From NCBI GenBank assembly GCA_021163225.1, contig JAGGXE010000001.1, forward strand, positions 1 through 50,993: DNA of 50,993 bases. The letters are read 5' to 3'. Source of the stretch: Candidatus Micrarchaeota archaeon (lineage in GTDB: Archaea; Micrarchaeota; Micrarchaeia; Anstonellales; JAGGXE01). Within the stretch, counting starts at the first letter, position 1. Each line of letters opens with the position of its first letter. The notes under the pieces are model-generated. The model saw nothing but the letters and a program-made list of their open reading frames with translations, did not search any database and was not told the origin of the DNA. Made by a program: the position numbers and the translations under genes. Positions 27,565-36,730 of this stretch are shown piece after piece.

Positions 27565-27617
27565 GTTATGAAGAAAGTATAATAAGTATTAAATAATTTT
27601 CTGTACAACTCTCGATT

Positions 27618-28010
27618 ATGAAAAAACGTTTGATAGTGACTGCGAGAGATAGGATGGGTTTGATCGCGGACCTCTCTTATATCTTGGGGAGTGCCAAGAT
27701 CAACATAGAGGATATAAATGTTGTTAAGGTGGGTCAGAAGGTCATTATAGATATGTTGGTTTCCAACGAAGCTAAGGCAAGAAAGTTGTTGGAAGCCAAC
27801 GGTTACAATTTCATCCGTTCCGAATGTCTGTTGATAAAACTTAAGGATGAACCGGGCGCTCTGGCAGAGATAGCAAAACTGTTAGCGGATAACAAGGTCA
27901 AGATAGCCAGGATAAATGTTATTGAAAAGGGTGAAGGCGAGGCGGTATTGAGTTTGGAAGTTGACAAGATGAAAAAAGCACGTAAACTGCTGAAAGAGTG
28001 GGTCGTATGA
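27618..28010 (+). CDS. Tandem ACT-domain protein
   Basis: DRMGLIADLSYILGSAKINI and DEPGALAEIAKLLADNKVKI ACT signatures. Confidence 0.88.
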   Translation: MKKRLIVTARDRMGLIADLSYILGSAKINIEDINVVKVGQKVIIDMLVSNEAKARKLLEANGYNFIRSECLLIKLKDEPGALAEIAKLLADNKVKIARINVIEKGEGEAVLSLEVDKMKKARKLLKEWVV

Positions 28011-28417
28011 AGCATGTGATAATCCTTATACCTGAGGATAGGAAAGGCGTCATTGCCGATATATCCAAACGGTTGGGAAACGAAGGTATCAATATAGAAA
28101 GTGTCAGTGCTTCTGTTGTTGGCGGTCAGGGAATAATAATCATTACGGTTCGTGCGTCAGAATATAAGAAAACTTTGGGAATATTGAAAGAGGCTGGGTA
28201 TCACGTAATCACTGCGGACGTTCTCATGCTCGAACTTAGGGACGAGCCCGGTGTGTTGGCAGAGGTCTCTCAAACATTGTTCAACAATGACATTAACATC
28301 GAATCTATCCATCTGGTTACAAAATACGATGATAAAGCCATCTATGCCTTGAAGGTTGACCGTACTTCTGAAGCAAGACGGTTACTGGCGGATTATCTGT
28401 TGGATAACAAATTGTAG
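28007..28417 (+). CDS. Tandem ACT-domain protein (paralog of the upstream gene)
   Basis: DRKGVIADISKRLGNEGINI and DEPGVLAEVSQTLFNNDINI signatures. ATGA overlap at 28007-28010. Confidence 0.88.
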   Translation: MKHVIILIPEDRKGVIADISKRLGNEGINIESVSASVVGGQGIIIITVRASEYKKTLGILKEAGYHVITADVLMLELRDEPGVLAEVSQTLFNNDINIESIHLVTKYDDKAIYALKVDRTSEARRLLADYLLDNKL

Positions 28418-28466
28418 TGCGTCCTTTTTCATGTTCTGAATCGACCGTGTCGGAAGTGCAATCCTT

Positions 28467-29705
28467 ATGAAACCCTTTTTCGAAGTACTCCGAAAAGATG
28501 GAAACGCCCGCGCCGGACAACTGCATTTTATGCACGGTACTGTAGAGACACCCGCTTTTGCCCCTGTAGCCACACGCGGAGCAATAAAACTTTTGGATAT
28601 GGACGACTTGACAGGGATGGGTGCTCAGATCCTTATGGCAAATACTTATCATCTGAGTCTTAGGCCGGGATTTGAGAGGATCAGAAAATTCGGTGGTTTA
28701 CATAAATTTATCTCATGGGACCGGCCGATAATGACCGATTCCGGAGGGTTTCAGGCATTTTCTCTGGGTATCGGGTCTGTTTTAGGAAGAAGTAAGTTTG
28801 AGTATGACGACCCTGAACAGATATCTGCCATGGAAGGTTATCTTAATAAGCACGGGAGAAAATGTAGAGTAAAGATAACTGATGCCGGAGTGGTCTTCAA
28901 ATCCGTTTACGACGGAACGGTGCATGAGTTCACCCCTGAACGTTCGTTAGATATTCAAACCGCTCTCGGTTCTGATATGATGTTCGTACTTGACGAATGC
29001 ACTTATCCGTCAGCAGATTACGGTTATACGCAGGAAAGCATGAAACGTACCCATGAATGGGCTGTTCGCTCTTTGAGACATTCATTACGCATTCATAGGG
29101 GAACACATAGACCTGCAATATTCGGTATCGTTCAGGGCGGGCTCTACCGCGACCTCCGTGAAGAAAGTGCCAGGTTCATTTCTACTCTCGAGATCGACGG
29201 GCGGTCTTTTGACGGTATCGGGATCGGTGGCGCCTTCGGTAAAGGGCAGATGTACGACGTGTTGGATTGGATAGTTCCCATCCTTCCAGAGGATAAGCCT
29301 CGACATCTGTTGGGCATCGGTACCGTGGTGGATATATTTGAATCGGTTAAGCGCGGTATTGATCTGTTTGATTGCGTAGGTCCGCAAAGGATAGCTCGGG
29401 CAGGGTATTTCTATGTTTCGCCAGAGACGGGCGGCAATCCCGAGAACAAATTTAGGTTGAGAATCACTAACGCACAGTTTTCCGATGACCCGAGACCTTT
29501 AGACCCGTCCTGTAGTTGTCCTGTATGCAGACGTTACACCCGTGCGTACATTCACCATCTTTTCAAATTTGAACCTCTGGCAGGTATGAGACTTACAACA
29601 ATCCATAACCTCACATTTTTCATTCGTCTTATGGAGACGATCCGTAAATCGATAATCGACGGACGGTTTGAAAGATTATACGATAAATGGATAAAGGGGC
29701 GGTGA
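28467..29705 (+). CDS. tgt: Bacterial-type tRNA-guanine(34) transglycosylase (queuine tRNA-ribosyltransferase)
   Basis: ANTYHLSLRPG, TDSGGFQ, LDECT, FGIVQGG, KPRHLLGIG, FDCV, CSCPVC...YTRAYIHHL...HNL. 412 aa, with no C-terminal PUA domain. Confidence 0.93.
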   Translation: MKPFFEVLRKDGNARAGQLHFMHGTVETPAFAPVATRGAIKLLDMDDLTGMGAQILMANTYHLSLRPGFERIRKFGGLHKFISWDRPIMTDSGGFQAFSLGIGSVLGRSKFEYDDPEQISAMEGYLNKHGRKCRVKITDAGVVFKSVYDGTVHEFTPERSLDIQTALGSDMMFVLDECTYPSADYGYTQESMKRTHEWAVRSLRHSLRIHRGTHRPAIFGIVQGGLYRDLREESARFISTLEIDGRSFDGIGIGGAFGKGQMYDVLDWIVPILPEDKPRHLLGIGTVVDIFESVKRGIDLFDCVGPQRIARAGYFYVSPETGGNPENKFRLRITNAQFSDDPRPLDPSCSCPVCRRYTRAYIHHLFKFEPLAGMRLTTIHNLTFFIRLMETIRKSIIDGRFERLYDKWIKGR

Positions 29706-29762
29706 TACGGAAACGGTTTTAAACATAGGATTTCATATATACCCACAATCAGGTGTTTTCTG

Positions 29763-30740
29763 ATGAAAACGGTCAGACAGAAGAGAAATCAGTTCCAAAA
29801 ATCCGTTCAAAACGGTAAAGTGAGAAATAAGAGACCGTATCAGAGGTCTTACAGGAGAATCAGCGTGCCTCTTGTCGAAGACATCAGGGACCCGAAGTTG
29901 TTGAGGTTTGATGCGCATGTGCATACGACCGTGTCGGACGGATTGTTAAGACCTAAGGACATTCCTAAGATACTCAACTATCCGAGAAACCATCTCGATT
30001 ACATTGCAGTTACCGACCATGAATGTGCCGCATACTACGATGATGTAAACATCATCAACGGTATCGAAGTGGTTGCACGGTTCGCTGATAGAAAAAGGAG
30101 GTATTACATCCATCTCACAGGACTCGGAATACAGAAGAAGGATATCCAGGGTTACATAAAATTCTATGATCATAAACGGAACGAGTTCTACCATGAGGTG
30201 ATAGACCATTTGAGGTACAAGATATACATCGATGAAATGGATTTCAAGAGTTTGAATAGATTGACTCTACCACAGGGGATATGGAAGATCGCCGAGTTCA
30301 TCGTGAAGGGTTTACCCGAATCGGTTCAGCGGTTTTCAATCGAAAGAGTACATAACAGCATACTGAGTAGGTTTGAGGATCAATTCTACGGGGCGGTTTG
30401 GCCGGTTGAGGATTTTGTTCATGTTATCCATCTCTCCGGCGGTAAGGTAATGTTTGCTCATCCCGGTGTTTACAATTTTGCGGGGTACGATGCAAAACGT
30501 GTTGCCAACATATTGTTCGATATGGGTGTTGACGGCATTGAAATCGCGCATCCCGATTATTCGGTTAAAGATGTAATATACTATGCAAGTATCGCAAAGA
30601 AGAGGAAGAGGTTAATCGTTATGGGTAGTGATTTTCACGGCTCTGCTTCTCCCAGGATGAACCTGTATCGCGAATACACTGCCAGGTTGTCGGACATGGT
30701 TCATTTAATACGCTCCGCTCTGAAGCATGTAAAATCATAA
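29763..30740 (+). CDS. PHP-domain metal-dependent phosphoesterase
   Basis: DAHVHTTVSDG, TDHE, GIE, AHP and GSDFHG motifs, with a basic N-terminal extension. Confidence 0.9.
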   Translation: MKTVRQKRNQFQKSVQNGKVRNKRPYQRSYRRISVPLVEDIRDPKLLRFDAHVHTTVSDGLLRPKDIPKILNYPRNHLDYIAVTDHECAAYYDDVNIINGIEVVARFADRKRRYYIHLTGLGIQKKDIQGYIKFYDHKRNEFYHEVIDHLRYKIYIDEMDFKSLNRLTLPQGIWKIAEFIVKGLPESVQRFSIERVHNSILSRFEDQFYGAVWPVEDFVHVIHLSGGKVMFAHPGVYNFAGYDAKRVANILFDMGVDGIEIAHPDYSVKDVIYYASIAKKRKRLIVMGSDFHGSASPRMNLYREYTARLSDMVHLIRSALKHVKS

Positions 30741-30744
30741 AGAT

Positions 30745-31029
30745 TCAAACATCGTGAAGAACATCCAGACCTCTTTTTATGTAATCTTCACAGAACTGTC
30801 GAACATTCGGTGCTACAGAATATTCCCTGTAATTTTTTATCGGTAACCAAAACATGTCTCTAAACCGTTCTGGTTCCTTTATCTTTGGCATTTGTCCGCT
30901 TTCAAGCTTTGCTAAGAACATATGACTCCTGAAATCCTTACCTTCTATGCGAAAATCTTTATACCCGAGATACTTGATCAGTTTAACATCACAACCGATC
31001 TCTTCTTTTGTTTCTCTTATCGCTTCTGG
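30745..31029 (-). pseudogene. 5'-truncated NUDIX hydrolase remnant (absent from the ORF track)
   Basis: The minus-strand frame reads PEAIRETKEEIGCDVKLIKYLG...HMFLAKL...IKEPERFRDMFWLP...*, which is the second half of a Nudix box. There is an in-frame TGA just upstream and no GX5E half. Confidence 0.75.
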
Positions 31030-31053
31030 TTGAAAGGTAACGGTTGGAGTTAG

Positions 31054-31074
31054 GGGTCACCGACCCTTTTTTTT
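31054..31074 (+). terminator. Hairpin plus T8 terminator-like element
   Basis: GGGTC-ACC-GACCC followed by TTTTTTTT. Confidence 0.45.
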
Positions 31075-31109
31075 GATTAAATTTGTGATCTGTGAGTTTT
31101 TCCGATTGT

Positions 31110-31212
31110 TTTATAAACATTTCTGTACATCAAACATCTTGAGCTGGTTATCCCGACCGCCGTCCCGACCGGTTTCGGGGAGGACTGCTCAAAAAAGCAG
31201 GAGGGATGGATA
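31110..31212 (+). promoter_or_regulatory. TATA box and structured GC-rich 5' leader of the rpl1-rpl10-rpl12 operon
   Basis: TTTATAAA at about 31110. TTGAGC (31139) pairs with GCTCAA (31187) and encloses a TCCCGA/TCGGGG stem. GGAGG SD precedes the ATG. Confidence 0.55.
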
Positions 31213-31851
31213 ATGGCGGTGTTTACTAAGGAAAGTATACGGAAAGCTATCGAGAAGGCGCTGGAAGACAAGGGTAAGCGCAAATTCAAACAGAGTGTTG
31301 AGTTTATCATAAACTTCCGAGGTATCGATTTTAAGAAACCGGAGAACCGATTAAACCTTTCTATAGTCCTGCCTCACGAACCGCCTAAAAAAAGAAAGAT
31401 AGCCGTCTTTGCAGAGGGTCAGACAGCGTTTGACGCTAAGAAGGCGGGGTTCACGGTGTTCGAACCCCAGGATATTGAAGAACTCAGTAAAGATAAAAAA
31501 AGGCTTAAATCTTTGGCTAAGGAATACGAATTCATTGCAGAACCAAAACTGATGGTTCAGGTCGGTAAATCTTTGGGTCAGGTGTTAGGTCCTCGCGGTA
31601 AACTACCGCGTCCGATAGTCGGAAGTTTGGAGGCTACTGCTAAACAGGTGAACAGTTCTGTTAGGATCATGACGAAAGGTAAATATCTGCCTGTTGTCCA
31701 ATGCGCGATAGGCACCGAGGACATGTCACCGAACGACCTTGCAGATAATGCGGAGGCAGTGTACGAGAAAATCCGTGCTAAAGTAGGTGATCAGTATATA
31801 AAGTCCTTATACGTAAAACTTACCATGGGCAAAGCTGTAAAGGTTGAATGA
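31213..31851 (+). CDS. rpl1: 50S ribosomal protein L1
   Basis: RKFKQSVEFIINFRGID, LGQVLGPRGKLP and IKSLYVKLTMG motifs. Confidence 0.97.
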   Translation: MAVFTKESIRKAIEKALEDKGKRKFKQSVEFIINFRGIDFKKPENRLNLSIVLPHEPPKKRKIAVFAEGQTAFDAKKAGFTVFEPQDIEELSKDKKRLKSLAKEYEFIAEPKLMVQVGKSLGQVLGPRGKLPRPIVGSLEATAKQVNSSVRIMTKGKYLPVVQCAIGTEDMSPNDLADNAEAVYEKIRAKVGDQYIKSLYVKLTMGKAVKVE

Positions 31852-31858
31852 GGTGTTT

Positions 31859-32698
31859 ATGATGAGACCTGCTGTACAGAAGAAGGCCCGAGAGGTTGAA
31901 CAGTTATATTCAATGATTAAGGATGCAAAGGTTGTAGGTTTGATCAGGTTGAAAAAACTTCCTGATCGCATCCTCCAAGATGTCCGAAACAAACTTCGTG
32001 GTAAGGTTGGGTTCAGAGTTGCGAAGAAAGCGGTGATCCAACGCGCCCTTGAAAAGGCCGCTCGCGGGTCTGCATTACTCGAACATCTGGACGAACCGGT
32101 TTGTCTGTTCTGGACTTCCGAGATGACGCCGTACCAGTTATTTATGTTTTTAAAGAGGAATAAAGGTGTGGCGGCAGCCAAACCCGGTCAGATCGCTCCT
32201 TTTGACATCGTTGTGCCTGCCGGTGAGACAGACCTTCCTCCCGGACCTGCGCTTACAGAGCTGAAGATGGCAAAGATCAATGCACAGGTCAGAGGGGGTA
32301 AGATAGTCGTGGCCAAGGATTCTGTGGTTGCTAAAGCAGGTGAACGGATTACTGGTCCTGTAGCGAGTGCTTTACAAAAACTTAAGATATACCCGTTCGA
32401 GATAGGTGCAGAATTGATCGTTGCTCAGGAAGATGGAGTTGTTTATCTTCCAGAAGTGTTGGATGTGGAACCAGAAGACCTAGTGAAAGAGTTCCAGAGA
32501 ATGGTCGATGAATCGTTTGCCTTGTCTATCAATGCTAACATTCCTACTCCTGCGAACATAGATTATCTTATCAGCAAATCTTTCACCGATGCGGTTTCAT
32601 TAGCCTACAATGCAAACGTTTATTCTACATTGAGTATCGAACGTTTAATCAGTGAAGCATACGCGCAATCTCAGTCGTTAGAACGTATCACTAAATAG
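31859..32698 (+). CDS. rpl10: 50S ribosomal protein L10 (P0)
   Basis: [24 protein letters not shown] motif. Lies between rpl1 and rpl12. Confidence 0.96.
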   Translation: MMRPAVQKKAREVEQLYSMIKDAKVVGLIRLKKLPDRILQDVRNKLRGKVGFRVAKKAVIQRALEKAARGSALLEHLDEPVCLFWTSEMTPYQLFMFLKRNKGVAAAKPGQIAPFDIVVPAGETDLPPGPALTELKMAKINAQVRGGKIVVAKDSVVAKAGERITGPVASALQKLKIYPFEIGAELIVAQEDGVVYLPEVLDVEPEDLVKEFQRMVDESFALSINANIPTPANIDYLISKSFTDAVSLAYNANVYSTLSIERLISEAYAQSQSLERITK

Positions 32699-32730
32699 TC
32701 ATGCTAATAATGTTTAAGGAGGTTGATAAA

Positions 32731-33048
32731 ATGGTGAATGTAGACCCGTATCTGCATGCAGTCCTTCTCTTGAAAGGGGCTGATAAAGAGATAAACGAGG
32801 AGAACTTGACCGCAGTAGTTAAAGCTGCCGGTATCGAACCGGATACTGCACGTGTCAAGGTGTTAGTAGAGGCAGTGAAAGACGTGAATTGGGATGAAGC
32901 GCTCAAGATGCCTACTGTGGCAGCGGCTCCGGTAGCAGCGTCAGCAGGCGGACAGGAGGCTCCTAAAGAGGAGAAGAAAGAGGAGGAAAAGAAGGAAGAA
33001 AAGTCAGAGGAAGAGGCTGCTGCAGGTTTGGCAGGATTGTTCGGTTAA
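32731..33048 (+). CDS. rpl12: 50S ribosomal protein L12 (P1)
   Basis: YLHAVLLL, an Ala-rich hinge and the [14 protein letters not shown]-terminus. GGAGG SD before the ATG at 32731. Confidence 0.97.
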   Translation: MVNVDPYLHAVLLLKGADKEINEENLTAVVKAAGIEPDTARVKVLVEAVKDVNWDEALKMPTVAAAPVAASAGGQEAPKEEKKEEEKKEEKSEEEAAAGLAGLFG

Positions 33049-33135
33049 AACCGCCTCTTTACACAGCATATCTTTCTTTTTCTTTTATGGTTTGTTTTAG
33101 TGTGGAACAGTTTGCAGAAACAGGTAGGGCTTGAA

Positions 33136-34578
33136 ATGATAAGATTGAATAAACATTTGGTTGCTGGAGGTTTGGTTATTCTTTCCTTCCTGTTATTTGT
33201 CTACATCTATCTTGCCCCTATCGAACACGCAGTACTGAAATTCCTTTTCGCTGTGGTGGTGCTGGGTTTAACAGGGTACACATTGCAAAGGTTGTACGAC
33301 CTGTCCGGTGGTTACGGATTGATACTGCTAAAAACCAGGAAAGGGTTGGATCTGATAGATAAACTTGCCAATTCGAACAGGGACGTTTGGACGATGTTTG
33401 CCGACATCGGTCTGGTTTGGGGTTTCGGTCTTTCGGGTGCTTATCTGTTGCATAAACGGTTAATGTTAAAGAAAAATAAACATCTTTACAGACGGTTTTA
33501 TACTGCTGTTTTTGTAGGGTTAGGATTGCTTTTATTGACTGCGGTTATGATCGCACCTGTTGTCTACGGGTTGGCGGTATCTATCGTTACCGGAATAAAC
33601 ATTGGTAAGGCAACTCAAACGATGGCAGGATTACGTACTCCCTGGTACAGGATGCTCAGTATGGCGGCCTTGATATCTGGCGGGTATACGGGTCTTCTAT
33701 TCCTTGGGTTGATAGTATATTCTGGTTTGGTCGTCTCCAACGTTGTTAATGTGCTGATCTTCGGTGCTACACCCATAGAACCGAGCGGTACACTCCTTCT
33801 ACCAGGGATAAATCTTCCTCTGTGGGAAGGGTTAATTGCGCTTGTAATACTTTTGATAGTGCATGAATCCGCTCACGGTATCCTTTCCCGTATTGCTAAG
33901 GTACGCATCGATTCTGCAGGCATAGCTCTGTTCGGGTTCATTCCTGTGGGAGCGTTTGTTGATCCTGATGAAAAGATGTTGTTCAAGAAACCTGTGTTAG
34001 ACCAGATACGCGTGATGATTGCCGGTTCAACAGCCAACCTGTTCACGATGCTTATTTCGTTCATTATGTTGATCATTTTCTTATTTTTGACGCAACCTTA
34101 TCGGGAAGAGGGTGTATTCGTGATCAGCGGGCAAGGAATACCTCCGGGTACACGGATAATGTCTCTGGAGTACGGGTCGCAAAAAATCGATCTCTACAAT
34201 TATTACATTGAGCACGGAACGTTTTCGGGATTGGTTCCCCCTAACGAAACCGTTAAACTTATTACTGATAAAGGAGTCTACAGTATTACTTCCGACGACT
34301 CCGGAAGATTGGGGTTAAACCTGAACATCGTTAGCAGCACAGGTGTATTGGCAAGGTATACTAAGGACTACGGATGGTTGGAGTTTATCTATCGTGTGTT
34401 AGGACTTTCAGTAGTTTTAAACTTCATGGTAGGCATAGTAAATCTTCTACCTTTACCCGGGTTTGACGGATACCGAATATTGGAACTGAACATCAAAAAT
34501 AAATCGGTTGTCAAGATGATTAGCTATTTGGTGTTGGCGTGTTTTCTGTTAAATTTCTTACCTTGGTTGTTTAAATGA
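33136..34578 (+). CDS. Site-2 protease (M50 intramembrane metalloprotease)
   Basis: HESAH, GAFVDPDE, AGSTAN and NLLPLPGFDG motifs, with many TM helices. Confidence 0.92.
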   Translation: MIRLNKHLVAGGLVILSFLLFVYIYLAPIEHAVLKFLFAVVVLGLTGYTLQRLYDLSGGYGLILLKTRKGLDLIDKLANSNRDVWTMFADIGLVWGFGLSGAYLLHKRLMLKKNKHLYRRFYTAVFVGLGLLLLTAVMIAPVVYGLAVSIVTGINIGKATQTMAGLRTPWYRMLSMAALISGGYTGLLFLGLIVYSGLVVSNVVNVLIFGATPIEPSGTLLLPGINLPLWEGLIALVILLIVHESAHGILSRIAKVRIDSAGIALFGFIPVGAFVDPDEKMLFKKPVLDQIRVMIAGSTANLFTMLISFIMLIIFLFLTQPYREEGVFVISGQGIPPGTRIMSLEYGSQKIDLYNYYIEHGTFSGLVPPNETVKLITDKGVYSITSDDSGRLGLNLNIVSSTGVLARYTKDYGWLEFIYRVLGLSVVLNFMVGIVNLLPLPGFDGYRILELNIKNKSVVKMISYLVLACFLLNFLPWLFK

Positions 34579-34593
34579 AGAAGAGGTGAGTCC

Positions 34594-35553
34594 ATGGTAG
34601 AAGTAGAATCGGATAAAGAGAAAGTTTACGATGTAATCATTATCGGAGGCGGTCCGGCAGGTATTAATGCGGGAATATATGCAGTCCGACGTAATCTGAA
34701 GACGTTGATAATAGAATCTCAGATGATGGGTGGCACCGTTAACATTACATCGACAATTGAGAACTATCTCGGATTTCCGAGCATCTCTGGACCCGAACTT
34801 GTAAACAGGTTTGTTGAACATTTGAACAGTGTGAACGTACCTTATGTCATATCGCGTGTTCTTCGTGCAGAGAAACAGGGTGACATCTTTATCGTTCGGA
34901 CCCATGACGATCGCGTATTTAAATCTAAAACGATCATTCTTGCTACCGGAAGCAGGCACAAGGCGTTGAACGTGCCAGGCGAAGACGAGTTCACCGGTCG
35001 CGGAGTATCCTATTGTACAACGTGCGATGCACCTCTGTACCGTGGTAAAACTGTCGGTGTGGTTGGCGGAGGTGACTCGGCGTTCCGTGCTGCAGAGTTA
35101 CTGTCCGGCATTGCCAGTAAAGTGTATCTAATACATAGACGCGAGGGATTTAGGGCCGAAGATGTGCTCGTGGAAAGGGTTAAACGAATGCCCAACGTTG
35201 AATTTAAACTTAATAAAGTGGTCACTGAAATCATCGGCGATGAAGTAATGAGAAAAGTTAAACTGAAGGATACGAAGACGGGTGAGGAAAGTTATCTTGA
35301 GCTTGACGGTCTGTTTATAAACATCGGTGAAGTGCCTTCCCATAAGATTGCTACCGACCTTGGTGCAGAGGTTGATGAGCGTAACTATGTGAAGGTAGAC
35401 AGAAAAACGATGGCTACAACTGTTGACGGGTTGTACGCGGCAGGGGATGTAACAGGTACTCTTGCCCAGATCATCGTAGCAGCTGCAGAAGGAGCAATTG
35501 CCGCAATATCTGCTTATAAATACGTGAAAGAACTCGGTACAAAGAAAAAATGA
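34594..35553 (+). CDS. trxB: Thioredoxin reductase
   Basis: GGGPAG, IENYLG, GRGVSYCTTCD, GGGDSA and AAGD motifs. Confidence 0.96.
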   Translation: MVEVESDKEKVYDVIIIGGGPAGINAGIYAVRRNLKTLIIESQMMGGTVNITSTIENYLGFPSISGPELVNRFVEHLNSVNVPYVISRVLRAEKQGDIFIVRTHDDRVFKSKTIILATGSRHKALNVPGEDEFTGRGVSYCTTCDAPLYRGKTVGVVGGGDSAFRAAELLSGIASKVYLIHRREGFRAEDVLVERVKRMPNVEFKLNKVVTEIIGDEVMRKVKLKDTKTGEESYLELDGLFINIGEVPSHKIATDLGAEVDERNYVKVDRKTMATTVDGLYAAGDVTGTLAQIIVAAAEGAIAAISAYKYVKELGTKKK

Positions 35554-35576
35554 AACAGATAACGTAAAATAGTTGG

Positions 35577-35611
35577 TTTAAATTCGCCATTTTAAACTCG
35601 CCATTTTAAAC
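35577..35611. repeat. 14-bp tandem repeat (2.5 copies) between convergent genes
   Basis: TTTAAATTCGCCAT TTTAAACTCGCCAT TTTAAAC. Confidence 0.8.
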
Positions 35612-35617
35612 GACGGG

Positions 35618-35788
35618 CTAAACGGCAGGCATCGTATGTTTGAGTATCATTATAACTATTATCAAAGCGATAGTGCCGTACACAACCGCCTTTGGAGAAA
35701 TCCTTATACCTCCGATGTTGGTTCTGCCGGGACTGAATATGCCCGCCATGCCCGAAGGTGTCTGATATCCTACCCTGCGTATTGCCAT
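35618..35788 (-). CDS. secG: Preprotein translocase subunit Sec61beta/SecG
   Basis: 56 aa: PSGMAGIF...IRISPKAVV followed by one TM helix. The real start is the ATG at 35788. Confidence 0.85.
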   Translation of the reverse strand: MAIRRVGYQTPSGMAGIFSPGRTNIGGIRISPKAVVYGTIALIIVIMILKHTMPAV

Positions 35789-35948
35789 GGGTAATTCTTC
35801 GGTTCTCAAGTTTATAAACCTTTTGCTGATCGGCTTTGTAGATGCGATGAGAATTTGAGACCGGTCATCGAACCGGTGCAACAGGTTGTTTTTTGGGCAT
35901 CTTCTCGAAACGACAGATTTATAAATAATCATCTTCACAATTAAGACG

Positions 35949-36365
35949 ATGAACGTCAGTAAGGAATATCTCCAGCTTTTGAACAACGTTTATTCAGAAC
36001 TGCCCGAGAAAGCGGTTAGTGATGAGAGGTTCAGATTGCCAGAGATAGAGATCATGCATCAAGGGAGCAAAACGATCATCCGTAACTTCAACACTTTTCT
36101 TACAGCGGTCCGTAGACCTGCAGAGATGGTAATGAAATTTTTATCGAGAGAACTGGCGGTCCCGGTTAACGTTGAGGGTGGGATGCTGATCATTCAGGGT
36201 AACATACCTGACCGTCTGTTGAGAAATAAGATAGAACTTTTTGTGAAGATGTACGTTATATGTAGTGTTTGCGGAAAACCGGATACGCATATCGTAGAGG
36301 TTGAAAAAGGAGTGCATATGCTTGTCTGCGAAGCCTGCGGTGCGCGTACACCGATACGAAAATAG
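35949..36365 (+). CDS. eif2b: Translation initiation factor 2 subunit beta
   Basis: ERFRLP, KTIIRNF, YVICSVCGKPDT and CEACGA motifs. Confidence 0.96.
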   Translation: MNVSKEYLQLLNNVYSELPEKAVSDERFRLPEIEIMHQGSKTIIRNFNTFLTAVRRPAEMVMKFLSRELAVPVNVEGGMLIIQGNIPDRLLRNKIELFVKMYVICSVCGKPDTHIVEVEKGVHMLVCEACGARTPIRK

Positions 36366-36371
36366 TGAGGG

Positions 36372-36683
36372 ATGTTTGGTATGGCGAAAAAAGAAGAACC
36401 TGTGATCAGGGTACGTAAACCTAGGGAAGGTGAACTTTTCGGTATAGTGATCAATATGCTCGGTGGAGGACGCGCACTTATCATGTGCGAAGATGACAGA
36501 GAGAGGATAGGCAGGATTCCGGGAAGTATGAAACGGTTTATTTGGGTACGCGCAGGAGACATAGTGCTGGTTAAACCATGGGAGATTGAAGGTGAGAGAA
36601 GGTGCGACATAGTGTGGAGGTATACAAAGATTCAGGCAGACTGGCTCCGTAAGAGAGGTTATCTTAAGAAGTTGGAATCTTGA
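36372..36683 (+). CDS. eif1a: Translation initiation factor 1A (start may be 36381)
   Basis: MLGGGR, RIPGSMKRFIWVRAGDIVLVKPW and DIVWRYT motifs. Confidence 0.96.
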   Translation: MFGMAKKEEPVIRVRKPREGELFGIVINMLGGGRALIMCEDDRERIGRIPGSMKRFIWVRAGDIVLVKPWEIEGERRCDIVWRYTKIQADWLRKRGYLKKLES

Positions 36684-36730
36684 AGGATGACCTTGTTATT
36701 CTTTTAAAACTGTTTTGAGAAGGTGTCAAT

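Noticed and set aside
28467..29705. Archaeosine tRNA-guanine transglycosylase (tgtA)
   Set aside because: The motifs and length are bacterial-type, and the C-terminal PUA-containing domains are absent.
35577..35611. Possible mini-CRISPR
   Set aside because: The 14-bp units are directly adjacent with no spacers, and there are no cas genes in the window.
35789..35986. 122-aa version of the secG ORF, and a possible C/D sRNA (GCGATGA) in this gap
   Set aside because: Sec61beta similarity covers only the last 56 aa, and no matching D box (CTGA) lies downstream of the C-like box.
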